From positions 16,279 through 80,278 of the forward strand of contig JACRLN010000033.1 of NCBI GenBank assembly GCA_016215115.1: DNA of 64,000 nt. Reading direction: 5' to 3'. This DNA is from Nitrospirota bacterium (lineage in GTDB: Bacteria > Nitrospirota > Thermodesulfovibrionia > UBA6902). The notes beneath the pieces are model-generated. The model had not been told where the DNA came from. It did no database searches and was given only the letters and a program-made list of their open reading frames with translations. Each line of letters opens with the position of its first letter. Position 1 is the first letter of the stretch. The translations under genes and the position numbers were made by a program. Shown one piece after another: positions 1-8,567 of this stretch.

Positions 1-3
1 GAG

Positions 4-1188
4 ATGTTTCAGCGCGCCTTGCGCGGGGAAATACCACCAACCTTTGAATTGCGCATCCTGTCCGAACAGGGTGAATATCTTATGTTTGAAATTACTTCCA
101 CCCCTTTCATTTCTGACGGAAAAGTTATCAGTGTACTCGGCATCGCGCGTGATATAACAGGTCGTAAACGGATAGAGGAGCATCTTGTCAGTCAGAGTTG
201 TGAGATTGCAATAAAAAACATGGAACTGTCAGCTCTTTACAAGATATCCTCTGCGATCAGTCAGACCATAAATATGCAGAGTCTCTTTAAGAATATTTTA
301 AATACCATTACTGAGATGGATGCTCTCAAGGTTCAACGCCAGGCAGGAATCTTTATTGTGCAAGGCGAGAGGTTAATTCTTACCGCCCATCTCGAGCATT
401 CGAAGGAATTTCTGTATATGCACAAAAACATTACAATAAACGACTGCTTATGCGGTGTTGCGGTCAGGACAGGAGAGATTATAATCTCAAGAAATTGTCA
501 TACGGATTGCCGTCATACCATCGTATATTCTAACATGGCTCCCCATGGGCACATCATTATACCGCTGAAAGCTGTAGACAGAATCGTGGGAGTATTGTAT
601 CTCTATCTGCTGCCGGATGTCGAAGTAGGTGAAAGCGTTATAACAATGCTTACTACCGTTGGGAATCAGATAGGCATAGCGATCAGCAACTCTATGCTCT
701 ATGAAGAAACAAAAGCCCTTTCCCTGCATGATCCGCTCACTAAGGTTGCCAACAGGAACCTCATGAATTTTGAGATGGATAAAAATATTGCGAAGGCAGA
801 GAGAGACGGGACTGCATTTTCAGTCATCATTATGGACCTGGATAATTTCAAAAAATATAATGATACCCACGGGTACAACGCCGGAGACACATTGCTTGTC
901 AAGACTGCAAACATTCTATTGAATGAAATAAGGGCCATAGACCTTGTTGCCAGATTTGGCGGGGAAGAATTTTTAATCCTCCTTCCGGAGACAGAGTTGA
1001 AAGGCGCGTACTGTGTAGCTGAAAGAATAAGAAAATCCATTGAAACGGATACGGATGTTACCGTCAGCCTTGGAATTGCTTCCCATTCTCAAGAGATGAA
1101 AAATGCTGAAGACCTGATCAAAAAGGCTGATGACGCCTTGTACCAGGCCAAGCAAAAAGGGAAGAACAGGGTTGAAGTAGGTGGTTAA
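4..1188 (+). CDS. PAS/GAF-GGDEF diguanylate cyclase (5' partial)
   Basis: ORF runs off the window start. Intact GGEEF motif (RFGGEEFLILLPE) and a DxLT-type region, preceded by GAF/PAS-like segments. Confidence 0.8.
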   Translation: MFQRALRGEIPPTFELRILSEQGEYLMFEITSTPFISDGKVISVLGIARDITGRKRIEEHLVSQSCEIAIKNMELSALYKISSAISQTINMQSLFKNILNTITEMDALKVQRQAGIFIVQGERLILTAHLEHSKEFLYMHKNITINDCLCGVAVRTGEIIISRNCHTDCRHTIVYSNMAPHGHIIIPLKAVDRIVGVLYLYLLPDVEVGESVITMLTTVGNQIGIAISNSMLYEETKALSLHDPLTKVANRNLMNFEMDKNIAKAERDGTAFSVIIMDLDNFKKYNDTHGYNAGDTLLVKTANILLNEIRAIDLVARFGGEEFLILLPETELKGAYCVAERIRKSIETDTDVTVSLGIASHSQEMKNAEDLIKKADDALYQAKQKGKNRVEVGG

Positions 1189-1441
1189 TTAGAAACAACC
1201 TGATTAACCCCTTAAAAGAATTTACACAAAAGTATTAACACTTCCCCACTGCGATTACTATTTGATTTTTTCTTTTAATTAAGGGATAATTATGCGATGT
1301 ATTGGAAAGGAGAGCTTCTTTAACCAATATGTTAACCTGCCATAAAGAACGCTTAGATAAGAAAAATATTTATAATATAAAAGACAATTTGTCTTCTTCA
1401 CGAGGAATTATTTCTTTTCTGCCCTACTTATTTTAACTCCA

Positions 1442-2299
1442 ATGCTTAAAAAAACCAAAAATAAATTAAATAGTTACAGTAACGAACTGAAAAATTTGGC
1501 AGAAGATTATCCTGCTCAAAGCAGGAAACTTGAAGAATTGATAAAAGAACGCACTTTTGAATTAATAGAAGCCAATGAAAATCTTCAGGTAGAGATTAAA
1601 GTGCGGAAACAGGTAGAAAAAAAGCTTCTTAATTATCAAAAACAGCTTCAATCGCTTTCTTCACAGATATCATTAATTGAGGAGCGCGAAAAAAGAAGAA
1701 TTGCTTCAGAACTGCACGATTGTATCGGTCAGACCCTTGCTCTGACAAAGATTAAACTTGAGCTGCTGAGAAAATTGTCCGGGTCTGCCGAATGCAAAAA
1801 CATTATCAATGAAATCCTTCAGTTGGTTGAGCAAACAATCAGTGGAGCAAGAACATTGACATTTGAGCTAAGTCCTCCAATACTATATGAGCTTGGACTT
1901 TGCCATGCCATTCAATGGCTTGTTGAGCAATTCAGTAAGAAACATGGTATTACAATAGAATTCGAGAAATATAATGGGGATATTCCAATTGATAACAACA
2001 TCCGCTTTATTCTTTTTCAGGCCATACGGGAACTGTTAATGAATATAGTAAAACATGCCCAGGCAACAAAAGTAAAAATCAGTATGTTATTAATGAACGG
2101 TAATCTTAAGATGGTTATTGAAGATGACGGGATAGGGTTCTCCGGACATTCAGACGCATTTACCGGATACGGACTTTTTAATATACGCGAAAGGATGAAT
2201 CAGATTAATGGACATTTTGAAATAAGAGCAACACACAGCAGGGGAACACGGGCTACTCTTATGGCCCCATTAAAACTCTCTGAAAAAAAATTGGCATAA
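1442..2299 (+). CDS. Cytoplasmic sensor histidine kinase, HisKA_3/NarL-partner type, no TM or sensor domain
   Basis: N-terminal coiled coil, H-box ELHDCIGQTLA, HATPase_c N and G boxes. No hydrophobic segments. Confidence 0.8.
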   Translation: MLKKTKNKLNSYSNELKNLAEDYPAQSRKLEELIKERTFELIEANENLQVEIKVRKQVEKKLLNYQKQLQSLSSQISLIEEREKRRIASELHDCIGQTLALTKIKLELLRKLSGSAECKNIINEILQLVEQTISGARTLTFELSPPILYELGLCHAIQWLVEQFSKKHGITIEFEKYNGDIPIDNNIRFILFQAIRELLMNIVKHAQATKVKISMLLMNGNLKMVIEDDGIGFSGHSDAFTGYGLFNIRERMNQINGHFEIRATHSRGTRATLMAPLKLSEKKLA

Positions 2300-2311
2300 A
2301 AGGGGACGATT

Positions 2312-2965
2312 ATGAAAAAAATACGAATTTTACTGGTTGATGATCACAAGATTTTACGTGACGGAATCTGTTCGCTGTTAAAAGAATATCCCGACATGGA
2401 AGTAGTAGGAGAAGCTGCTGATGGAAAAAATGCATTAAATCTTGTAAAAGAACTATCTCCAGATATGGTTATCATGGATATCAGCATGCCGGATCTTAAC
2501 GGCATCGAAGCAACACGTAAAATTCTTGCTGATTATCCTCATATAAAGGTAATGGCATTATCAATGCATTATGACAAGCATTTTGTTTCCGAGATATTTA
2601 AAGCAGGAGCATCAGGATACCTGCTTAAAGATTGTGCCTTTGATGAAATGGCGCATGCAATACGTATGATTATAGATAATAAAACATACGTAAATTCCCA
2701 GATTGCCAGTCTGGTAGTAGAGAGTCTTGTGGGTGATTCCCCGAGATCACATAATAAACATGCTTTTTCTCTTCTTACTGAAAGGGAGAAGGAAGTGCTC
2801 CAGTTAATAGCAGAAGGACAATCAACAAAACAAATCGCTTCAAATCTTAATGTGAGTACAAAAACAATAGAATCGCACCGGAGGCAAGTCATGGGCAAGT
2901 TAAATATTCGTAATGTTGCTGATCTAACAAAATATGCGATACGCGAGGGATTGATAGCCATTTAG
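2312..2965 (+). CDS. NarL/LuxR-family response regulator (REC + LuxR HTH)
   Basis: ILLVDDH..D..MDISMP receiver with C-terminal LuxR-type HTH (LTEREKEVLQLIAEGQSTKQIA). Starts 13 bp after the kinase. Confidence 0.85.
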   Translation: MKKIRILLVDDHKILRDGICSLLKEYPDMEVVGEAADGKNALNLVKELSPDMVIMDISMPDLNGIEATRKILADYPHIKVMALSMHYDKHFVSEIFKAGASGYLLKDCAFDEMAHAIRMIIDNKTYVNSQIASLVVESLVGDSPRSHNKHAFSLLTEREKEVLQLIAEGQSTKQIASNLNVSTKTIESHRRQVMGKLNIRNVADLTKYAIREGLIAI

Positions 2966-3221
2966 GTATAATGTTTTTCCCTACAATCTAAGGTAAAAGC
3001 CTAATTGTTTTTCTGAGTTAATTCTGAATAATTAGATTTTCTTGTATTAGCTTGATATTATTAATTTTTTCCTGCCTATTTACAAAATAAAATTATTTGT
3101 GTAAAATGATTATTGATTAGGGTAATGTATTAAGACGTATTAATGTAAGAAAAGACTGGGAAGATAAACTCAGTTTTTATAAATTTGATTAATTTAATAG
3201 TTATAACTTTCTAAAGAGTAA

Positions 3222-3322
3222 TTAAAGCAACGGATGCTGACCTCTGATGTAAAAGGTTATTCCCTGCCTACGCTAAGAGCCCAACCTTTTCTTCAGCCAT
3301 GTCCCCTCATAAGGTCAGCATC
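3222..3322 (+). repeat. ~100-nt structured element: 11-bp closing stem GGATGCTGACC/GGTCAGCATCC followed by a T-run. Homologous to 4034..4123.
   Basis: Perfect inverted repeat enclosing ~78 nt. Internal motif GCCTACGCTAAGAGCCCAACC recurs at 3322-3346 and, diverged, at 4060-4085. Confidence 0.4.
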
Positions 3323-3345
3323 CAATTTTTTTGCCTACGTTAAGA

Positions 3346-3461
3346 GCCCAACCTTTTACTAATCAGTTCATTAGTATAAAGACACGTTTGTCATGCCCGC
3401 AGGTAGTAAGCGGGCATCCAGTGCCTTTCTGGATTCCCGCTCAACAGACTGCGGGAATGAC
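3346..3461. repeat. REP-like double-hairpin element (family C, inverted copy of 36868..36975)
   Basis: GTCATGCCCGC..GCGGGCATCCAG and CTGGATTCCCGC..GCGGGAATGAC hairpins plus a shared flank AATCAGTTCATTAGTAT. The spurious ORF 'MPAGSKRASS..' is translated from it. Confidence 0.7.
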
Positions 3462-3684
3462 GCTTATGTATTCTTACTTATGAACAACCTTTTAACTTCA
3501 GCCATGTTCCCTCATAGGGTCAGCATTCTTTTCTTTATCCTATTTGTAACCACAAAAAGTCCTTACCAAAACAAAACTAAAGTTTTTTCCACAATTACCG
3601 ATAAGAACAATAGAAAGAATATATTTATTCTTAAAACTTGAATCTCTATCAAAGAGATTCAGAAAAAGTTTTAGAAAAGGAGGG

Positions 3685-4002
3685 TTGAAAATGGCTAAAA
3701 CTAATTGTTGGGAATTCAAGAAGTGCGGAAGAGAGCCGGGCGGAGCTAAGAGTAAAGAAATGGGAATATGTCCGGCTACTATAGAGGCTTCTTGCAACGG
3801 AATGAATGGCGGCAAAAACTCCGGTCGTATGTGCTGGGCTATTGCAGGCACTTTCTGCGGTGGAAAAGTACAGGGCGATTTTGCGCAGAAATCAGTATCC
3901 TGTATGTCTTGCGACTTCTTCAAATCTGTTAAACAGGAAGAAGGCGCCGAAAAGTTCAATCTGTTAAAACCGGGACAGAAATACGCCGCTGCAGCAAAAT
4001 AA
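3685..4002 (+). CDS. Small Cys/Trp-rich protein (105 aa, 8 Cys, two CW..C-G motifs)
   Basis: Strong RBS AAAGGAGGG 7 nt upstream of the ATG. Motifs NCWEFKKCG, MCWAIAGTFCGG and SCMSCDFF. Confidence 0.6.
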   Translation: MKMAKTNCWEFKKCGREPGGAKSKEMGICPATIEASCNGMNGGKNSGRMCWAIAGTFCGGKVQGDFAQKSVSCMSCDFFKSVKQEEGAEKFNLLKPGQKYAAAAK

Positions 4003-4033
4003 GCTTAAATTGATTCACAAGTAATTAAATGAG

Positions 4034-4131
4034 GGTGCTGGCCTTTGCTTAAAGTTTTTCCTGCCTTGCCAAGAGCCTACCAAAAATTTAAGCGTGTCCC
4101 CTCAGGTCAGCACCTTTTTTTTTAAAAAAAA
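4034..4131. terminator. Large hairpin (GGTGCTGGCC / GGTCAGCACC) followed by T9A8: a likely bidirectional intrinsic terminator. Homologous to 3222..3322.
   Basis: Inverted repeat, then TTTTTTTTTAAAAAAAA, lying between the + strand small ORF and the - strand tRNA-Ala. Confidence 0.5.
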
Positions 4132-4207
4132 TGGTGGAGGTGAGCGGGATCGAACCGCCGACCTTCTCGTTGCGAACGAGACACTCTCCCAACTGAGCTA
4201 CACCCCC
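4132..4207 (-). tRNA. tRNA-Ala (anticodon CGC)
   Basis: Reverse complement is GGGGGTGTAGCTCAGTTGGGAGAG..TTCGCAA loop..GGTTCGATCCCGCTCACCTCCACCA. G3:U70 present, CCA encoded. Confidence 0.9.
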
Positions 4208-4400
4208 ATAAAAGACAGTTATTAGTGATTAGTTTTTAGTTGTTAGTTAAAACTAAAAACTAAAAACTCTCTTCATTGACGCATCTCATTTACTAAGGTA
4301 ATATACTATAAAATTTCAAATAAATCGTGCAACTATTGTATTTTATAAAGTTGTTAAATAGAGGGCCTCTTGCAAACGTATCGTGGAAATAGCTTTTACC

Positions 4401-4507
4401 GTCATACCCGCGAAGGCGGGTATCCAGAAGCCTGCCCTCGTAAGTCTTAATCGGGGGTCTTTGGTTTTAAAGAATACTGGATTCCCGATAAAGACCTCGG
4501 GAATGAC
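4401..4507. repeat. REP-like double-hairpin element (diverged copy)
   Basis: GTCATACCCGCGAAGGCGGGTATCCAG ... CTGGATTCCCGATAAAGACCTCGGGAATGAC. Confidence 0.6.
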
Positions 4508-4567
4508 GAATAAAGACTTTTGCAAGAGCTTATTTGGTTTAATTAAACATGCGCAGAGGTTTTTAAT

Positions 4568-7500
4568 TTGCAAAGTAAATTTCGAAAAAGTCTGGTTTTA
4601 ATTATTGGCGCTATACTTATAACAGCGATACTGTTTTTCCTCCTGAGGGGACCGTATTTATCAAATTCCATAAAGAGGTTTATTATCCCTGTGCTTGAAA
4701 ATACGACAAAGGAAAAAATAATCATCGATAAAGCTGTTATCAATCTTTTTCCATTTTATATTCAGGCAAAAGGATTGAAAATGTTTGACAAGGACGGAAA
4801 CAAACTTCTCTGGATTACAAAAAGCCGCGCATATATTGATTTAACCGGTATCTTCTCAAAGGAATTGAAGATAAAAAAATTAACAATCAAGGAACCTGAT
4901 TTAACTGCTGATGAAGCGTCTTTGAGGCGGATAATTGGAAATATAAAAAAATCCACTTCAGGTGAAGGAAATAAGCAATACAAGATCAGTATCAGGAATA
5001 TTGAACTGACGAATGGCACATTAGATTTCAGAAATACAAACGGGTTGACTTTTTCAGCGGAAGGCCTGTTTTTTGAAATGACTACAAAGAATAATGTTAC
5101 TGCTCAAATAAAACTCAATAGAGGAACCGTGAAAACCCCGGATCGTACAATAATAAGTGGTGGTTTAGACGGGAGTATGAAAATAGGAGATAAAGGGATT
5201 GAAATAACAACAATAAATGTGCACTCTTCTAAATCCAGGCTTCAGGCAAAAGGAGCTATGCATTTTACTTCAAAAGGCGATCTGCAGGATGGAAGATTTT
5301 CTGGTAACGCAACAATATATGAAGACATAATTCATAAACTGTTTCGTATAAAAACGGAAAAAGACGGGGTGCTGTCTTTTGACGGTTCGGTTAATATGAC
5401 AATGGATAATGCTTTGAAACAACCGCAGGTTACTGTTGACTTAAAAACCGAGAGCCGGTTTCATCTTGAAACGTTAATGGATATTTTAAAAGTAAAAGAA
5501 AATATCTCCGGCAAGCTTTCAGTAAAAGGGAGAATAACCGGGACCTTCCCTGATTTTTCCGGAAGTGGAACTGCAAAACTTGAAGATGCGGTGTTTGACA
5601 CTTTCCATCTTGATGATGCAGCAGGAGAAATTACATACGGAAACAAAAAATTCAGTCTGAATAATTTTAGAGCCCATACCTACGAAGGTGAAATGAAAGG
5701 GACAGCCTCTCTTTTGCTTCCTTATGGTGATTATATTGTAGATGCTGATGTATCTCATGTCAGGAGTCAGAAATTTCTCAGGTTCATAGAATGGGAGCCC
5801 CCATTCCCTCCTGGTGAAGTAAGCGGGCATTATCAGTTAAAACACGATCATGGACAGGATATCGAGGTCCAGGCAAATGTTGCTTATCTGAACACATCAG
5901 GGAATGAAGGTGATGTGTTTAATAGATTGCATACAATAAGAGGGGATCTTCATTTAAAAGAGGGCTTGCTTACATTGTATAATTCTGTCCTTTCAACTTC
6001 GGTTTCCGACCTTGCACTTGATGGTAGTATAGATCTCAAAAGAAACATAATGAACCTCGATGTGCAGCTCGACAGCAGGGATATCTCAGACCTTACGGCG
6101 CCTTATTATACAAAACTTATGGCCCAAGGGAGATTTAAAGGCAAGGCAAAAGGGCCCATTGAGGATCCGGAGATTTCAGGAAATCTCGATACAGGTTCCG
6201 GAAATGTTCACGGATTGATGTTTACAGGTGCATCTGCCGACCTGATATATAAAATCACTTCTCTTTCTGTATCACGTCTGAATATTAATAGCGGAAAATC
6301 ATCCTATGATGCTTCAGGCGCTATTGAATTCAGAAATGCAAAAGGGCTTTTTCATTTTAACGAACCCTTTTACAGGGCCAAAGGCGCAGTAAAGGATGGA
6401 GACCTGAAACCTTTTGTTAAGGTCTTGTATAAAGATATTCCTGTATCCGGTTCTGTTAGCGGGGTACTCTCATTTGAAGGCGATTCAAATAACTTTAATG
6501 CCAACGTTGATTTAGTCGTTAAAGACAGTATGATCTATGGGCAACAATTAGAAAAGGTAATCGTTAAAACCACTATACGCCCGAGGGACATGGAATTTCA
6601 TTCCGTTACTGCTCAAAAGGGTGATTCAACGCTTGATGCAGAAGGGAATTTGTTTTTTGATAAAAGATTTAATTTTTCCGTTTATTCTTCCAAAGTGAAT
6701 TTTTCTGACATTAATATGCTCCAACGTTTTCCAATCGTCGGAAGCACACGTCTGGATGTGAAGGGTGCAGGAACATTTGAAAAACCTGTTATAAATTTTA
6801 CTGTTGATATTCTCGAAAGCATTTTCAAAGGAGTGCAGACAGGAAAGGGGAAAATTGAAGGAACATTGATGGATAAGGGTCTTTCAGCCAAGGGAAACTT
6901 TATGAACGGCGTTATTACTGCTGACGCGAACGCCGTATTATCAAAAAAGATATTATGGGATGTGGATTTTAATTTCCGTAAGGGCAGTTATGATTTTCTC
7001 CTGTCAGGTTTTATGGAAAAAATGCCTGAAGACCTTTCACTTTCTCTGGAAGGAAAAATTAAAATACATGGAGAAGGGGAAAATGTTTCATTGCTTTCAA
7101 GATTCGGATATTTGAACTGCGGTCTTTACGGATATAATTTGAGAAACAGTAATGACATCGTTCTTGAGCTTGTTGAAAAGGAACTTAAGATAAGAGCTTT
7201 TTCATTAACCGGCGAAAATGCGAAATTGTCCGCAGAAGGAGTTTTAAAATTTAACGAACAGTTTGATGTCAAAATTAAAGGAAATTTAAACCTTGCACCT
7301 TTAAAGACCTTATCAGACAAGCTTGCATCATTAAAAGGCAAGGGCGATTTTATTGTTGATATCACTGGGCCCTGGGATACCCCTGATGTCAGCGGAGAGG
7401 TAAATGTGAATGAGGCCCTGGTCCTGTTGACTGAATACCCTTATAAGGTTGGTCCGATTAACGGGGCCATTTATCTGAAAAAAGACAGATTCACTTTTGA

Positions 7501-8539
7501 TTCTGTGAAAACCGTTTTTGGTGGAGGCAGTGTAATCCTTTCCGGAGTTGGATACCTGAAAGGGCTTTCGATAAAAAGGATTTTTCTTTCTTCTATTGTT
7601 ACGGGAATTATTATAAAACCAATGGAAAAAGTGAGCGCTACTGTGGATGGCAAACTTTATTATGAAACCTCGGAGAAGGGGTCAACCATCTCCGGAAATA
7701 TTGACATAAAGAAGGCAAAATACGAAAAAAATGTTGAGTGGAATAAGTGGCTTGTCAGTCTTAGAGAGATTAATAAAGAAACATCACGTTATCCTGCCTT
7801 TCTGAAGGACACTCAATTTAATGTGTATCTTTCAGGATCGGATAATATTATCATTGATAATAATATTGCGAAAACCCCTGTGAAGATAGCCCTCACACTT
7901 ACAGGAAATGTTACCAGGTTGGGACTTATCGGGAGGCTTGAGGCTAATGAAGGCAGTATATTTTTCAGGAGTAATGAATTTAAAATTCTCGAAGGAAGCA
8001 ATGTAGATTTTGTAAATTCCAATAAAATAACCCCTGTTTATCATATTCTTGCTGAAACATACACAGGTGATTACTATATAAAACTGAATCTGGACGGCAC
8101 CATGGATAAATTTACTTTATCGCTGTATTCAGATCCCCCTTTAAGCGAAATGGAAATACTTACACTGCTTACAATCGGACAAACCGGAAAGGAGTCAAAG
8201 GGTTTTGAAAGCGGTATCGCTGCAAGTGAAGCGGCAGCGATCCTGACAGGCGGGCTTCAGGATGCAGTGCAGGAAAACATCAAGAGCATTACCGGTTTCG
8301 AACGTTTTATGATTGAACCGCATACAACCTCAACAGGTGCGGTAGCTCCAAAGGTGATAATCGGAAAACGCCTGCTCGAAGACAAACTTTTTGTGACATA
8401 TTCCACCTCGGTTGGTACTACAGAAGAAAGTTTTATACGACTTGAGTACATACTCGACAGGAATATTTCTCTTATTGGATCAAAAGATGAAATAGGCAGT
8501 GTCGGGGGAGATGTTAAATTCAGGTTTGAGTTTAAATAA
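4568..8539 (+). CDS. tamB: TamB/AsmA-like translocation and assembly module protein (1323 aa)
   Basis: N-terminal signal anchor, very long beta-rich body, DUF490-like C-terminus. Immediately upstream of bamA. Confidence 0.75.
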   Translation: MQSKFRKSLVLIIGAILITAILFFLLRGPYLSNSIKRFIIPVLENTTKEKIIIDKAVINLFPFYIQAKGLKMFDKDGNKLLWITKSRAYIDLTGIFSKELKIKKLTIKEPDLTADEASLRRIIGNIKKSTSGEGNKQYKISIRNIELTNGTLDFRNTNGLTFSAEGLFFEMTTKNNVTAQIKLNRGTVKTPDRTIISGGLDGSMKIGDKGIEITTINVHSSKSRLQAKGAMHFTSKGDLQDGRFSGNATIYEDIIHKLFRIKTEKDGVLSFDGSVNMTMDNALKQPQVTVDLKTESRFHLETLMDILKVKENISGKLSVKGRITGTFPDFSGSGTAKLEDAVFDTFHLDDAAGEITYGNKKFSLNNFRAHTYEGEMKGTASLLLPYGDYIVDADVSHVRSQKFLRFIEWEPPFPPGEVSGHYQLKHDHGQDIEVQANVAYLNTSGNEGDVFNRLHTIRGDLHLKEGLLTLYNSVLSTSVSDLALDGSIDLKRNIMNLDVQLDSRDISDLTAPYYTKLMAQGRFKGKAKGPIEDPEISGNLDTGSGNVHGLMFTGASADLIYKITSLSVSRLNINSGKSSYDASGAIEFRNAKGLFHFNEPFYRAKGAVKDGDLKPFVKVLYKDIPVSGSVSGVLSFEGDSNNFNANVDLVVKDSMIYGQQLEKVIVKTTIRPRDMEFHSVTAQKGDSTLDAEGNLFFDKRFNFSVYSSKVNFSDINMLQRFPIVGSTRLDVKGAGTFEKPVINFTVDILESIFKGVQTGKGKIEGTLMDKGLSAKGNFMNGVITADANAVLSKKILWDVDFNFRKGSYDFLLSGFMEKMPEDLSLSLEGKIKIHGEGENVSLLSRFGYLNCGLYGYNLRNSNDIVLELVEKELKIRAFSLTGENAKLSAEGVLKFNEQFDVKIKGNLNLAPLKTLSDKLASLKGKGDFIVDITGPWDTPDVSGEVNVNEALVLLTEYPYKVGPINGAIYLKKDRFTFDSVKTVFGGGSVILSGVGYLKGLSIKRIFLSSIVTGIIIKPMEKVSATVDGKLYYETSEKGSTISGNIDIKKAKYEKNVEWNKWLVSLREINKETSRYPAFLKDTQFNVYLSGSDNIIIDNNIAKTPVKIALTLTGNVTRLGLIGRLEANEGSIFFRSNEFKILEGSNVDFVNSNKITPVYHILAETYTGDYYIKLNLDGTMDKFTLSLYSDPPLSEMEILTLLTIGQTGKESKGFESGIAASEAAAILTGGLQDAVQENIKSITGFERFMIEPHTTSTGAVAPKVIIGKRLLEDKLFVTYSTSVGTTEESFIRLEYILDRNISLIGSKDEIGSVGGDVKFRFEFK

Positions 8540-8567
8540 GTGGGAAGTAAGAAGTGAGAACTGAGAA

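Noticed and set aside
3393-3641. ORFs 3393..3641 (+) and 36674..36940 (-), both beginning MPAGSKRASS..., and 4383..4601 / 4343..4573
   Set aside because: They are translations of the REP-like hairpin elements and recur only because the repeat recurs. There is no RBS and the composition is that of the palindromic DNA, so they are not genes.
4034-4123. The hairpin element at 4034-4123 as SRP RNA (because of the GGTGCTG start)
   Set aside because: It lacks the conserved SRP domain IV motifs and is clearly a homologue of the 3222-3322 element, so it is a repeat or terminator-type structure rather than 4.5S RNA.
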